Assembly (NCBI GenBank): GCA_000708835.1
Contig: DF237000.1
Location: 66,556-130,165 of the forward strand
Reading direction: 5' to 3'
Source of the DNA: Klebsormidium nitens
Lineage: Eukaryota > Plantae > Klebsormidiophyceae
Length of the DNA: 63,610 nt
Part shown: positions 26,464 to 38,674 of the stretch, piece by piece
How positions within the stretch are numbered: the stretch's first letter is position 1
Layout: each line of letters begins with the position of its first letter
Program-made: the position numbers and the translations under genes
The notes under the pieces: model-generated
Seen by the model: the letters and a program-made list of their open reading frames with translations, nothing else
Told to the model about the DNA's origin: nothing
The model's database searches: none

Positions 26464-26495
26464 AATTGGATGGTCCCGGGCCGGACCATCCAATT
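26464..26495. repeat. Perfect 13-bp stem hairpin within a longer imperfect inverted repeat
   Basis: aattggatggtcc-cgggcc-ggaccatccaatt. Outer gtgagctt (~26394) and aagctcac (~26516) also pair. Confidence 0.8.
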
Positions 26496-27191
26496 AAATC
26501 GCGTATGCAATATGAAAGCTCACATGACATCGCCGCCAATCGACCCGACTTTTTATATTAGCGCACAAAGCAGAGACTATTGTTGACGTACGTTCGCGAA
26601 TGGGTGCACCGGATCATTCGATCGCATATATCTGTCACTAGCTTTTTATCATGAGGCATCATGACTCGTAACGCAGGTTGGCTGATAATCTGCGCCATGC
26701 AGATATGTCGAGAACTCGACGTGAAATAGTTCTTGTCTGCACGAACCTGAGACGATGAATGAGAGAATGCAGGCTATTGCTAGTGAATGATAAGTACTGT
26801 GGATATGGCCAAATGAATGCATGTACGGTCGATGATTGATTGATGCCTAGCTGTGCATTGCAAGTCTCTCTGCGGCCTGCTGTTACCACTACCTCTACAA
26901 CTGAGTCAGCTGCACTGGACGTCTACATACACTAAAACCCCGTATTTGACAAGAGCTAGAAAATTTTGGTGTTATCGGATTGCGAAGTTTGACTATGGGC
27001 GGTTGGGAGCCTGTGAACAACTTTTTTGCGTTTCTCTGAAACATGGCAGCCGAATGGTTCGAACGCCTGATCGGATGAAAAGTAAAGAAAGACACGCCAC
27101 TAGAGCTGGAGGGGGAATCCAAATGAATTGTTTGCTAGACTGAGAGCGGTCGCTTTTTATGCGTATCTTTCATTTCTGCACATGCTATATC

Positions 27192-29029
27192 CTACGCGCG
27201 CGCTTTTTGCTCGCATGGGCTCCCGGGGCATTGCTCCGAGCTCAGAAACTGTTTGCAGTAGTGCTCATCCGTATACGGCTTCCCGTCTAGCTCCTCGACC
27301 TCGAACACGTAATGATTGAGATACTCCATCGTCATCGCCTGCACGATCTTGCTCTCGAACCCCTCCTCGAGCCACTCCCGCGGCGGCTCTTGCAAGCAAT
27401 AATTTCCTTTCCCCAACGCCCAGTTCTCCCGCGGATCGATCGGGCCCTCCACGCACCGATCCTCCAACCCAATCAACTTATACGCTTCTTGGTATACCCT
27501 CAACGGGTGACGCAGGATGACGTCGCGGCTGATGACGAACTGGTTGCTTGCGTAGAAACTGGGCTCGACTTTCCCCCCCGGCTCCGCCGACAGGTCCTTC
27601 CCGAAGATCGCGGCAAATCTCCGGAAGCACGCCTCAATGCGTGGGACTTGGCAAGCCCCCGTGGGGAACTTGGACTTGCCCAGAATCTCGAGCGGTCGGT
27701 CCACGTGCCAGTGATTCAGCCAATGAACGTTGAGGGCGGAGTACGTCGAGTTGGGGCGCAGGCAGCGGAGCCACGTGAAGATGTCGCGGCGATGAGATGG
27801 TGGGCTGCAGAAAAGAAGGGCGACCAGATTCATGGGGTTGCGCTGGAGTTGAAAGAAATCGACAGTGGCTGCAAAGCTTTATCAGTTTAATTGACGAGAG
27901 GTATGCGGATCGGTTGTTCTGGGCTTCGGTAGACGTCGCCGCGATGAGATGGTGGCCTGAAGGAAAGAAGGGCGACCAGATCACTGGGGTTGCGCTGCAG
28001 TGGTTGAAGATTGGCGGTAGCGCTGCGAAAGTCCTACATCTCGATTGGACGAGGTTGTGCTTATCATTTTTCCTGGGGCTTTGAGGTATTGGGGCGGGGG
28101 CAGCGGAGCCACGTGAGAATATTTTCCCGATGAGATGGCGGGCTGCAAGAAGGTGGGGCACTCAGCCGTTTTACTCAAAAGGCGTTGCGCTAGAGTGCTT
28201 AAAAGTCGACAGTGCGAGGCCAGATTGAAGGAAGCTAGTGTGCTGATTGGTTGTTTGTGCTTCGTTCAGTAATTTGGAACGAAGGCAGCGGAGCCAAAAT
28301 GAAATTGTCGCCCGGATGAGATGGCGGGCTGCAAACGAGTGCGACACAGAGTAGGAAGGAAGCTGTGCTGTACGGTTCTCGTTCTACCTGTTCAGACAAT
28401 CCACGTGTTGAGACTGAAGTCGAAGCTTTCAGACCCGCTTCGCATAGGGGCGTTGGGATTCGAATTAGGTTCGGACCTGGTGTCAACTGAATCTGCCAAA
28501 CACAACCGATTCGGTCATCATCCAAGTGGAAGCCATACTGAGGTTGGTTGGTAGAGTATTGTGCTATATTTGTAGAAGAGAGGACCTTTGGGCGGAAAAT
28601 GCCCAGCTCCACGATATTCGCTGTCCGTTGATTTGGGACCTAGAAAGTACCTGGGTCCTAACCAGGCTCGGCTACCAGGCTCAATTCTGGTTTCCGACCA
28701 GTAAAGATGTTAAAAGAGTCTGGTCAGCACTCGAGTCTGGACATTTGATCAGCTTCTAGTCAGCCCGTGATCGACCTCGTGAACCGCACAAAGGCCTGTG
28801 CAAAGAAAGACGGGTTTGCATGCTCACTCTGAATGCACAAATGCTGTCAGGTCCGGCAGGTTATGGTAGTAATCCACGATGAACTTGAGATACACGGCCG
28901 ACTCAAACGCCCGGTTCTCGCAGTAGTTGGGCGCCGAGGCATTGGTCCTCTGATACACGTGCACAGCGAATTCCTCCGTCCATTCTGGCCAGCCTGCATC
29001 CCAGTCGTGATAGACAGCTGGAACGATCA
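27192..29029 (-). CDS. DUF3431-like protein, 5' exon(s) not located
   Basis: Exons 29029-28828 and 27804-27192 join in phase (VHS-D-PPSHRR). The motifs NRAFESAVYLKFIVDYYHNLPDLTAFVH, ASNQFVISRDVILRHP and MEYLNHYVF resemble DUF3431. Confidence 0.7.
27765..28345 (-). repeat. Three decayed copies of the acceptor and exon start in the DUF3431 intron
   Basis: The motif gatgagatgg(t/c)gg recurs at about 27791 (true junction), 27944, 28129 and 28315, with the shared flank ggcagcggagcca at 27763, 28099 and 28284. Confidence 0.85.
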
Positions 29030-29473
29030 CTAGGGAGGAGTTCCATGGGGGCGACTCCTGGAAGGGAAAGAGAGTCTCGGTTAGGTCTTGTTTAATATCT
29101 GGTCAAGGTGGTCAGCCTCTCTTCGAGTGCCCTTACGCGCACAATGTTCCGCCAGTTAATGAGTGAAGCCGATAAACTTGATCAGGAGAGACGATAGTGC
29201 ATGACGGCAAGTCCCAAAAAGCTGACGGAACCTGATCGTACTACTTGGGGGTGTAGATTTCGATCGAAGTGGGTTGAATGGGGATGTTCTTAACCGAGTC
29301 GACTCGATACCGACCAGCACATTTCTCAGTCAGGCAAGATGGCTGCAACCGCCAGCTGGGGCAACTGAACTCTGAAGAGTCCTCGGATTACGATCTGTGT
29401 CGCTTACGCCTTTCTGTGACTTCATGGTCAGGCATCTCAAATCAATTCCCAATAGAAGCAGAGCATCCCCATA

Positions 29474-29654
29474 AGACTTCAATTTAGGTAAAGTAAGCTT
29501 CAGGTGAAGTAAGCCAAGCAGCCTGGGGCGAGTGGGTTTAGTTTTGGGGGTTAGGGTGGGTTCGGGTGCGGAGCGGGTGATTTTGAGGGTTAGGTTTTAG
29601 TGTTAGGCTGGGAGCTTACTATACCTAGAGCTTACTTTACCTAAATTGAAGAGA
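29474..29654. mobile_element. 175-bp non-autonomous TIR element with telomere-like internal repeats
   Basis: 23-bp perfect TIR cttcaatttaggtaaagtaagct (29477-29499 and 29629-29651), imperfect to about 45 bp. AGA on both sides (putative 3-bp TSD). Internal gggttaggg and gggttaggttttag. Confidence 0.7.
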
Positions 29655-32356
29655 CATAACATCCCCCTCATCCCTCTTCTGTCAGAGACATAAAGAAGGG
29701 AAACTAACTAACGAAGTCTCAGGGACAGCTCAGGCTCCTAACGTCTTCTCAGACTTTCTTTGGGCTTTTTCCTGCAGACATCCAGTATTTGTGGGTAAGG
29801 TCAACCAACCGACTCTCTCCCACTATAGGACCACTCGACAATGCACGTTCTCACATGGCAGTGACTGGCGAACACCATTCTCATCCCAAGACCTTTTAGC
29901 CGCATGTCAAGGTGACGCTGACGAAACAAGATAGCTTGTCATTAAGCAGTTTTAGCTGGGCCTGGTCACATAGACAAATCTTCTGAAAATTGCCGTCTTG
30001 ATCCTTCTGGAGTCCTATCTTGCTGATCAACTGGCTGATTCTCATCTGTATGCTTGCTGTCCAGATTACCAGATCTTCCTTTGCGGTGAGCTTCTCCCAT
30101 GAGCTGGATCAAGTGGTGGCATCTAACTTTTATCCGTACCTAACCAGGTGAACCGGTGTGACGTGTGAATGGAAAAGAGGGAAGCGCCCTGTCTCTTGCT
30201 GCCCAGTCTACTCAACCATATCCTCCTCATACCAAGCAAGCTTTCAGATAACATCATAAATGACCCCTGATTCTCCAAAAACTGTTCTTCCTCCCCTCAC
30301 TGACTCGTTCTATCCAAGTCCAACTAGTAACCATGACTGCGGCAAGCTCTAGTGCTCTGGTTCAACAGAACAAGCCTTGGTCTGCAAATCGGATAGCAGC
30401 ACCTTAGCACCTGTGTAGGGCAGGAAAGAATATGCCCAGCCTGCTGGTCAACAAGGCCCCCGTAATCAAAGGACAGAGATTTATATCTGCCCTTGGTCAG
30501 ACGGTTTGAAGCTTTCTCAGAAAGACCACGAGAAGGGTGGACTTACTTAAGTTTGTCGGTCACGACCACTGACCCAATGCTTTCACTGTCAACAACCTGA
30601 ACTCAGGCTTCTGATCAGGGCTCTCTGAGCCTGAGAACGACAAGACACCCAGACAGGCTAAACCACAAGACAACCCATGTCTACTCACCAGCAGCGGTTG
30701 CAGCGCCGGGTGCACTTTTTGGACTTCAGAAGCCAAGGTTTGGACTCCCACCCCGCTCTCCAAGATTGGGAGCTCAGCCTTGGCCTCTTGACAGGTGCAC
30801 AGGTTTGGCCCCGGGTTGAGGATCAGGACAGTGGGAAGACCCCACCCCAAGTCATTCTGCAGCAAGAGGATAGCGGCCAGAAGGGCGAGAGTTGCTACAG
30901 CGAAAGAAGCCAAGGCGGCAGCATAGGGGGTCTTTGAGTCAGAGCGGGAACACGCCTTTAGAAGGCGCAGTGACAGCACCATTTCTGGTGGTTGTGGGCC
31001 CTTTCAATGGAGGTTTGGCCAGCTAACCAGGGCTGGTTAGCAGATACTCCGGCTGCTTCAAGTTGGAGTTCGCCTCAAAGCAGCGGTTAAAACCTTCGCT
31101 TAGGAGCCCCGGGATCCCTGTGTTTGTTCCTCCCAGGATGCGCTGTCACTGATGGAGCAGATCAAGATTCCAAAGTAAGATCTATAAGTTCACTGCACTT
31201 TCAACCAGCGGTGAGCTGAGTTCGATCTTGATTCCCAGGATGGATCATTGGAGTTGATCAAGCCACATCCTTGAGCCATCCACTGTCTGGGCATTGGCAA
31301 TGGCAGCATACCTATACCCCGCCAAATGCGCGCTTTTGAATCGCACGGGCTTTCTTGAAAGCTCTTAATTAAGGAGACTTATCCATTCGATCCGGCCACC
31401 AACCCTCAGCTGTCTTGATTACGGCTACCTGTGATCCACACACACTGCAGTCAAGAACTTGAAAGCAGGTGTGAAGCGAAGCCTGCCCTCTCCGTCTTTT
31501 TGGTGGGCTTACCACCTGTTAGCTTCTCTGTGTCTCTGTAATTTTAATATTATGTCTTGATACAGATTGCCAGCTGCATTTGCTTCTGCGCCTGCTGCCT
31601 GTGATTCTAGTGTGCCCAGTACCCTGCACATGAGCTGCCAAGAACGTTCAACTCGGTCTGGGTAGGTATATGTATTATCAGTTGCATGCGCCAGACTTTT
31701 GGGTCAGTGTGGTTCTTCCGACCAACCTGCTCGTTTTCGTGAAAATATTAGTACAACTTAGTCAGTCTGTTGCAGAGTGAAAATAGTGTAATTCAGATGA
31801 CACTAAAAGTGGCAGGTTGGTCGGGGAAAAGCTGTATACTGTTGTGAAATTCTACCATAGACTCACCGCGCGAGTCAGTGACTCATTGGTCATGCATGGC
31901 GCCAGCTCCTGTGCATACGCGCTGAACCGCATCCCGCTATTTCCGGTCTGCTCAGCAATTGCACCACGATAGATACACCATTGTACCCCGTGCGACATCT
32001 CCGCGCAAAGAAGGGGCTCGTAGGTACATAAGATACTGTGTGTCGGACCCGGCCGGGGCCTACTAGTACCGGTACTTACCAGGTACAGGCGATCTGGTTG
32101 CTGATCACTACGGTATACAGCAGGACGGCCTGGCCATGCAAGTTGTACGGGACTTGATTTACGTTGACCAGATTGTTCCTAGAATCCAATGGATGTGCCC
32201 ACTGCCTAGATGTGCCCGGGAACGGGCAGGGTTAAAGCTGGGGGTTTGGGATAATCGAAGTATAGAGAGTGTCATTTTGTAAACTTTACGGTATGCGGTT
32301 CCGTGATTCCCCGAGCACGAATCCTAGTCAAACTGCTCTAATATATAAAAGCAAAT

Positions 32357-32551
32357 ACCGTACTGCTACGTACTTTCGGCAAAAAATAAATAATTATGTG
32401 CCCTGCCGAATTTCGCTGGAAAATATTTTGGAGCGTTAATGGTCGATAACGGTATTTTTTAGCTGGTAATACTAGGTCTGCCGAAAAGATAGAAAGTTTC
32501 ATAATTAAATTTTTGGCGTCGAAGGTGCCGAAATCAAATAGCAGTACGGTA
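32357..32551. mobile_element. Tc1/mariner-type MITE, about 190 bp
   Basis: TA-ccgtactgcta ... tagcagtacgg-TA. AT-rich interior with subterminal tttcggca/tgccgaaa. Confidence 0.75.
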
Positions 32552-32571
32552 TAAGTACGTTTGTAAATGCA

Positions 32572-32597
32572 GGGCCCGCGGTTTATGCCGCGGGCCC
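32572..32597. repeat. GC-rich 10-bp stem hairpin
   Basis: gggcccgcgg-tttatg-ccgcgggccc. Confidence 0.8.
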
Positions 32598-33252
32598 CGG
32601 CGGTCAATGCGGGCCGGGTGACTGTGACATCATCCGTCAAACCTTCGCGTGCCAAACCCTGAGAGGCGCGCATGCCGCCGCCGCCGGATCGCCGCCTGCG
32701 GCAAATCCGTCTATCCGACGCGATCGCATCACTGGCACGATTCTAAGTTCGATTGTACCTAGCCCATCGTGGCCCGTGGAGGATCAGAGGACGCTAGCAG
32801 CTCTCTATAAAGGGTGCCGCCAGGGAACATTCCGCGGTCATTCGGGGGGCTGCATTTGAAAATTTGAGAGCACTGCCAGAGGGCTGAACAGTACTTCAGC
32901 CTACCAGCTTATGACCTGTACATGTGGACGTAAGCGTACACGTAAAGGAGCTGGCTGGTCCGGGGCGACGGCACCTGGTCACTAGAGACGCGCGGTCTGA
33001 GTGAGGAGATGGACATAAGGCGTGGTGTCAGAACCGTTTTCAAGCCCGAACCAGATCACCGCAAGGCCTCCCCCCCCACCCCTGCCCCTGTCCCCTGTCG
33101 CCACCAGCCTTGGGGCTGTTTTCAGCACCCTATAGACCCCTGTTTGGCCCCCGGGGGGGGCCGGGGCTGTCCCCTGTCGTAAATTGCGGTGATCTGGCTG
33201 ACACTAGAAAACAGTTTAGACACCACGCCTAAGGCAGCCCTTGTTGCAGCGG

Positions 33253-33985
33253 AGGGAGGTGGAAGAGCCTCAAGGCACTCTTCTTGGCGAGCTGAATGAT
33301 TGCCGAGAAGAGGACAGCGGGGGCTGTTTGACAAGGGTGCGTTGGAGGAAAGGAGATCAGACTGCACCCGTTCCGAAAGAGAAAGAGCAGCAGGCGGAGG
33401 GTGAAGCCAGCTCGGAGCTGCGTGGAAAGCAGGGCCTCAGCAATGAGCAGAAACGCATCACCGTCAAGGAGTACGAGGTGTGCAAACAGGCGGCCTTGTC
33501 CAAGCAGAAGACCTTGGAGGACGCTGCGGAAAGCCTGAAGAAGGAGATGGACTCTGCAAGTAGGTTGCAACTCTTTCCTTTCTCCGTTCTTCTGAATATC
33601 ACTAAGATGATTCTCAGCACAGTTCTCCACAACAACAGTGCTCCAACAGTGCGCCGGGACTTGCTCACCTTCAGGACGACTTTGCTGAGGTCCGAAATCT
33701 CAACTCTCATCTCCAATCCTTCAACTTGAAGACGTTTGGTAATTGAGGGCACCGTGCAGAGGAACCGTGCTCAAAGTCTCAGCCGTTATGTAGATGAAGA
33801 TCTGCAGCAGTGATCTTGTTCCTGCCTGAGCAATGCGTTTTGCGACAGGGGAACAACATGGGTGTGTGGATATGGCGAACGGGCCTCAGACACTGCTGGA
33901 CGCAGCAAAGCGATTTGAGGAGGCCAAGGATGCGTACTTGAAGGCCATCAAGGTCGCCCGGCAGGCACGGCAGGATATGGGGGGT
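33253..33985 (+). CDS. Hypothetical charged/coiled-coil protein, partial spliced model
   Basis: The acceptor ttgttgcag at ~33252, donor GCA A|GTAGGT at ~33559 and acceptor gcgacag at ~33849 are phase-compatible. Helical segments AALSKQKTLEDAAESLKKEMD and LLDAAKRFEEAKDAYLKAIKVARQ. Start and stop not established. Confidence 0.4.
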
Positions 33986-35766
33986 AAGCTGGTGGTTTTT
34001 GGGGGCAATGAGACTTAAGCGCCATGGCAAGAAACGCCATATTACAAGCACCAAAGGAGCTAATTAGTATCACGTGTACCCTTTTCAACCTCAGTTCTAG
34101 AGAACGAACCTCACTCGTCCCACTGAAGCACTGATAACCCTTCCTAGTGTCCGTTAGCAGAAAGATTCCACCCAATTCGACTCACCACGATCAACATCGC
34201 GAAACCTGTGAAGGATTCTGCCAGCTCATGAGTGAAGGCGCACCCCAGGATGATGAGTGATGAATTATTTTTACTGCTGTGCCACAGAACACCTCAAGCA
34301 CAACTCCACCGTCTAAGATGGGGAGGCATAAATTTTAAGAGTGCAATGGAGCTGTACGGCTCGAAATCTGACTGACATCTGGCGGCGACACGGCCCATGA
34401 ATACCACCAAGGCTTCTGTCGTTTTATTATAATTTATACTACTCTAGAATAAGGAGTAGCCTGCAAGTTGAAGGTGACATCCGGGTAGCCTGTTTCAGCC
34501 GGCATGACAAAATTCCGAAGGTCGCCACTTACAAATGACCCGGTCCGTTTCTTCTTTGCCTCGCAGCTTGGAACCGGTTCATAAACGATCTCAAGGAGGG
34601 GGCGCACAACGGAGGTAAGTCAGCAACGGTACGGTACGGACCGCTTTATCTTTCCAAATGTAGAAGTACGCCTTGCTTGGTTGTCTCGAGCTTTCACTCG
34701 TAGACTCGTGGTGACTTGAGCTGTGCGTGGTAAGTGATACCTCTGGATTGTAGCTGGCAAACTCTTCTCAGATCGTTCACCTGCTTTGCATGCAGGTCGT
34801 GTGCGCGTATGGACGTGAACATGTGCCTCGCGATGATGCTAAACGCAGAAACTCTAATAGTTGATCAGGCCCATAGCTTATGCATGCGCTTCTGGATGTC
34901 GTTTGCGGCAAAGCCCTCAATAAAATCCCACAGAAGTACCTTGCTTGTTGCTTGTTGATTTGCAAGGCAGTGAACGCCGAGGTAAGAATTGAATCGACAC
35001 GACGGTAGTAGAACCGAGATTAAGATGCGAATGCTGCATGTATAGTCGTTCTAGCTCTCCCTCTTTGATCACATGTATGTGACGATTCTAGACGGACCTT
35101 TTCGGAAGTACAGTGCAATTGTGGTACCTTACGGTTGTGCACGTGGCCAGGCTACTCAGTGTATGAAACATACTCAATGTAAACACATGGCTCACGCAAT
35201 ATATTGTGGTTGACGTACGCGTGTCCGACATATACACATGTACACGTGCTATTAAAGTAGAGTCAAAAACTTTCAATCGAGTTTGCGTCCAAGTGACTGC
35301 AGGGTTGACTCATGCTCGCCTCTCCGAACGAGCGGAGCCTCTCCGACTGGCGCTGCTGCCGGGCACGCTTGCATGACATCGAAAAGGACTCGAAAGTCGA
35401 GCTAAAGAGTTCAAGTCGGTCGGACCGTCCGCGCCAGCCGGACTTCACTTCAAATCTTAAAAACAGTGTTCAAATTGCGGACGTCATGCTTCTGCTTAGT
35501 CAACCGTGAATTCCAGAACTTATGTACTCGATTGAACATGATTCTGGAATGCGCGCATGCCCCTTACAATAGAGCATTGCATATTCCATCGATAATCTTG
35601 CTGCGCCGTAGAGCCCAAGGTTAGATTTCACGCGGCCGCTTTCTGTCTGAGTCATGTATGCCAAAGCTGGCCTAGACGTTCGGCTCCCAAGTTTCTACTC
35701 TTACCGTTTGGCTACAATTGACTTTGTTTATACGAGCTTTACGTTCCCAAGTAACTGCACGCGTCC

Positions 35767-37284
35767 TCAGTCTCGTTGCCGGTCCAAGAAATCCGGGTCT
35801 ACCCTGAACCTTTCTTGGAACTTCGTAAACCACTGGTTAAGGATGCTAACCGGCACGTGCAGCATCCCGTCGTTCGAACTCGAGAACGACTGCATAAAGT
35901 GGAACAAGTTTTCCCCGACTTTCCGCGCGAACTCTTCCGCCCTTTGTTGCGCTCCGACTACCGCCGTTGGTAGACTCGCCGCGCTTTCGATCGAAATCCC
36001 AATTTGTGCTGGGAGGGGGGTCCCGTCCGCAGTTTGAGGGCTCCCCCCTGGAGACGGCCAGACTAGGGGGATCACCGCGCTGGGGCGTTGGGAGTTGACG
36101 GCTCCCCGGTATTCCCAATTGGAGCCCGGGGATTGGACGTAGACTGCGAGAGCAAGCTCGGGATTGGGGAGGGACTGCTCGGTTGGTAAACCGAGGAAGA
36201 TCTCCTTGACCTGATCGTAAGCATCACCTGCAAACAACGAGAACGTATGGCTGAAGATTCGAGCAGGTTCAAAAAGCTTCGGATCTCATGCCATCATGAG
36301 GTCTCTATTCTGTTTCCTAGTCGAAGTTCTTTTGTCCAACTTGTTTGCTTTGGAGCAGACAATGGATTTGAATTAGAAAAGGAACGTTTGGCATCTTCCT
36401 CTATGGCATGTTTTCTTCGAAGCTCTTCTCTCCCTTTCACTATATCGAACTGGTTCGTATCTGCAAATAAAGAGAGAAGGTGGCTCGAGATATAAAGGGA
36501 CTGCACTGCATCGAAAAGTGTGCCCCAGTATCATAATAATTTTCAACAAATTGGATTCGAAAGAGAGAAAAGCGACAGTCAAGCGTTTGCAAGGCGCCGA
36601 TAAGACGAATGCTAGACAGCGACTACAAACGACCTGAAGCCTCCTTTGGAGGTTTGCCCCCACAATGTTTTTTGCTTCTTCCCTGTTCTTGTTGCTCGTT
36701 TGATTGGACTGTTGAAACCAGTCAAAGGCATGTCAGAAAAAATCGAGAATTTCGCAAGTACAGAGCATTATGACCGGTTCACATCAATGATGGTGGACCA
36801 CTCAACACACGAGGCTAGCCAGGCATGATGCCATGCGGACCTTGTAATGCCCAAGCGCCGGCCGGCCGCTTCTGGAGACTGGCTTCGATTGGTGTCATCG
36901 AGCAAAGACCAGGGCAGTGGAACATTTCCAAACCATGGAAGCACCGGCGTTAACGAACCTTTTGGAATGTCAGAACGATGAGCCCGCGTACAGTCTACAG
37001 TTTTTACAGACAAGCATCGCGATCACTGTCGCGCTTCTTCCGTACGGCAACACGCCCCCCCCCTCCAAAAGAAAGTGCGACTCTCGAGGGTCGAGAGAAC
37101 CGCAACGCGGTACAAATGCAAGCTGCCACCAGTTGCATGCCCTGAGGAAAGTAGTTTGACACCATGCCTCACCTACGTACATGCTCATGTTCATGACCCA
37201 CCGCTGTGTGTCAACCTGGATGAACCGAGAGGAGTCCAGCTCAAAACTCTTGCCCGGGAAGTAGACGTGGAACAGAGACGCCAT
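35767..37284 (-). CDS. OPI10/Hikeshi-like protein (DUF775), 2 exons
   Basis: Exons 37284-37173 and 36227-35767 join in phase 1. Motifs ALAVYVQSPGSNWEYRGAVNSQRPSAV, AQIGISIE, FARKVGENLFHFMQSF and WFTKFQERFRVDPDFL. Confidence 0.88.
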
Positions 37285-38674
37285 CTTTCCTCCGAACCTA
37301 GCTGCAACAGACTGGCTGATTTTCTGTGGGTTATATGCTGACTACAGCATATAGCCCTGAAAGGTCGCTCCGTCTTAACAGTCTTGTCAGATCATCTTTC
37401 CAACCACTGCTTCTGGGTTAGTGGCACCCACATTTGCACAATTCTGAGGTTTCGAAGGAAGCGCCAGCATGGGCAGCATTACGGGCCAGCACGGCAAAAT
37501 CCTGTTGCTCATCAACCACGAAGGGGTTCCATTGCTAAGACACTCCTGGAACGGAGTTCTCCACTCAAAATCCTTCGATTATAATCAGAGTAGGAACAAA
37601 AGCTGCTTGACAATCCTCTCCGTCGCTAGCTGCTGCTTCAACTGCCATGCTGCATTTCACATCGTGCAATCGTGCCTGTTTTCGCTGCCCCACTGCTTTC
37701 GCATCTGCATTTCGTATGCAGCACCTTCCATCTTCCCAATCAGACCGTGCGGGCCGAACAGATGCCGCTATTAGTTAAAGGAGGGCCAGCTCCTTTCTCA
37801 ACGTTCTCCCCAAGTTCTAGTACCTACTAGTAGTCCAGCAAATGGGCGGAATTCAGCAAGGCGTTCATGCATGAGCAGAATGGAGCCTTGGAGGCGTGAC
37901 TAGGCTTTGCTTTGCTTACAGTATGTGCCTGGTAATAGCTAGGCTGCGCCGGTTTGCCTGACGCGAGTGCTTTGACCGAAAAGCACGGTGACTTTTTAAC
38001 CGGAATTCAGGGGCAATGATGTGTCATACGTGTATCAAACCGAGCCAGCAGACCAGGCCCGTTTATCAGGACCGATACCGACAACGGTTCATGGTGAAAG
38101 GCCTTGTTCTGCGGTTGGACAACACACCGAGCTTCGCTTGGCCAACAGTGGCAATGGCGAGAGATCCGCTGGCTGTGGCAGTACTGGCAGCTTACCGGCA
38201 GGGATGCTATCTACCGTACTTGGAGTACTCTGGGTGCCTCTTGCTGCATGGTGACTCCGGTTGCTTCTATTTCTTCAAGCGCTTCAAGCATTCTATGTGC
38301 TGGCAGCTAATCACCTGGAGCTCAGAAGCACTGAAGCCTTGAAGCTGTGAACTCAGAGGAGGCAAGGCGGCAGCTCCATTTGCGGAGCTTTATGTAGGAA
38401 CTTCAGACTCCAACGTGTCCGGATCCTCCCCAAGTATGCCTACATTGACGACCAGTGTTGGCCTCGATCTGCTGGCGATTTGAACTCACCACCACCTCCG
38501 TCGAAGTCGTCAGCCTTTGAGAAAGGGCTCTTGGTTGTACTGCTCACCTTTTGAACTAAGGGACCCTGTCTACTAGCATCTCTCCAACCTCAGCGCTGCA
38601 GCACATCAGCGTGGCGATTCATCTCCCCAAAACCCAGTAGTCGCCATCACGAACTTGTGTCCCCCCAAAAGAAG

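Noticed and set aside
30560-30982. LTR/DIRS retrotransposon assignment for the 29.7-31.8 kb region
   Set aside because: No RT (YxDD), RNase H, integrase or recombinase motif could be read and no LTR pair was found. The region is kept only as unexplained.
37469-38342. Possible small gene between the OPI10-like and methyltransferase genes
   Set aside because: Several short overlapping ORFs, none recognisable, and no consistent exon chain. It may be UTR or promoter sequence.
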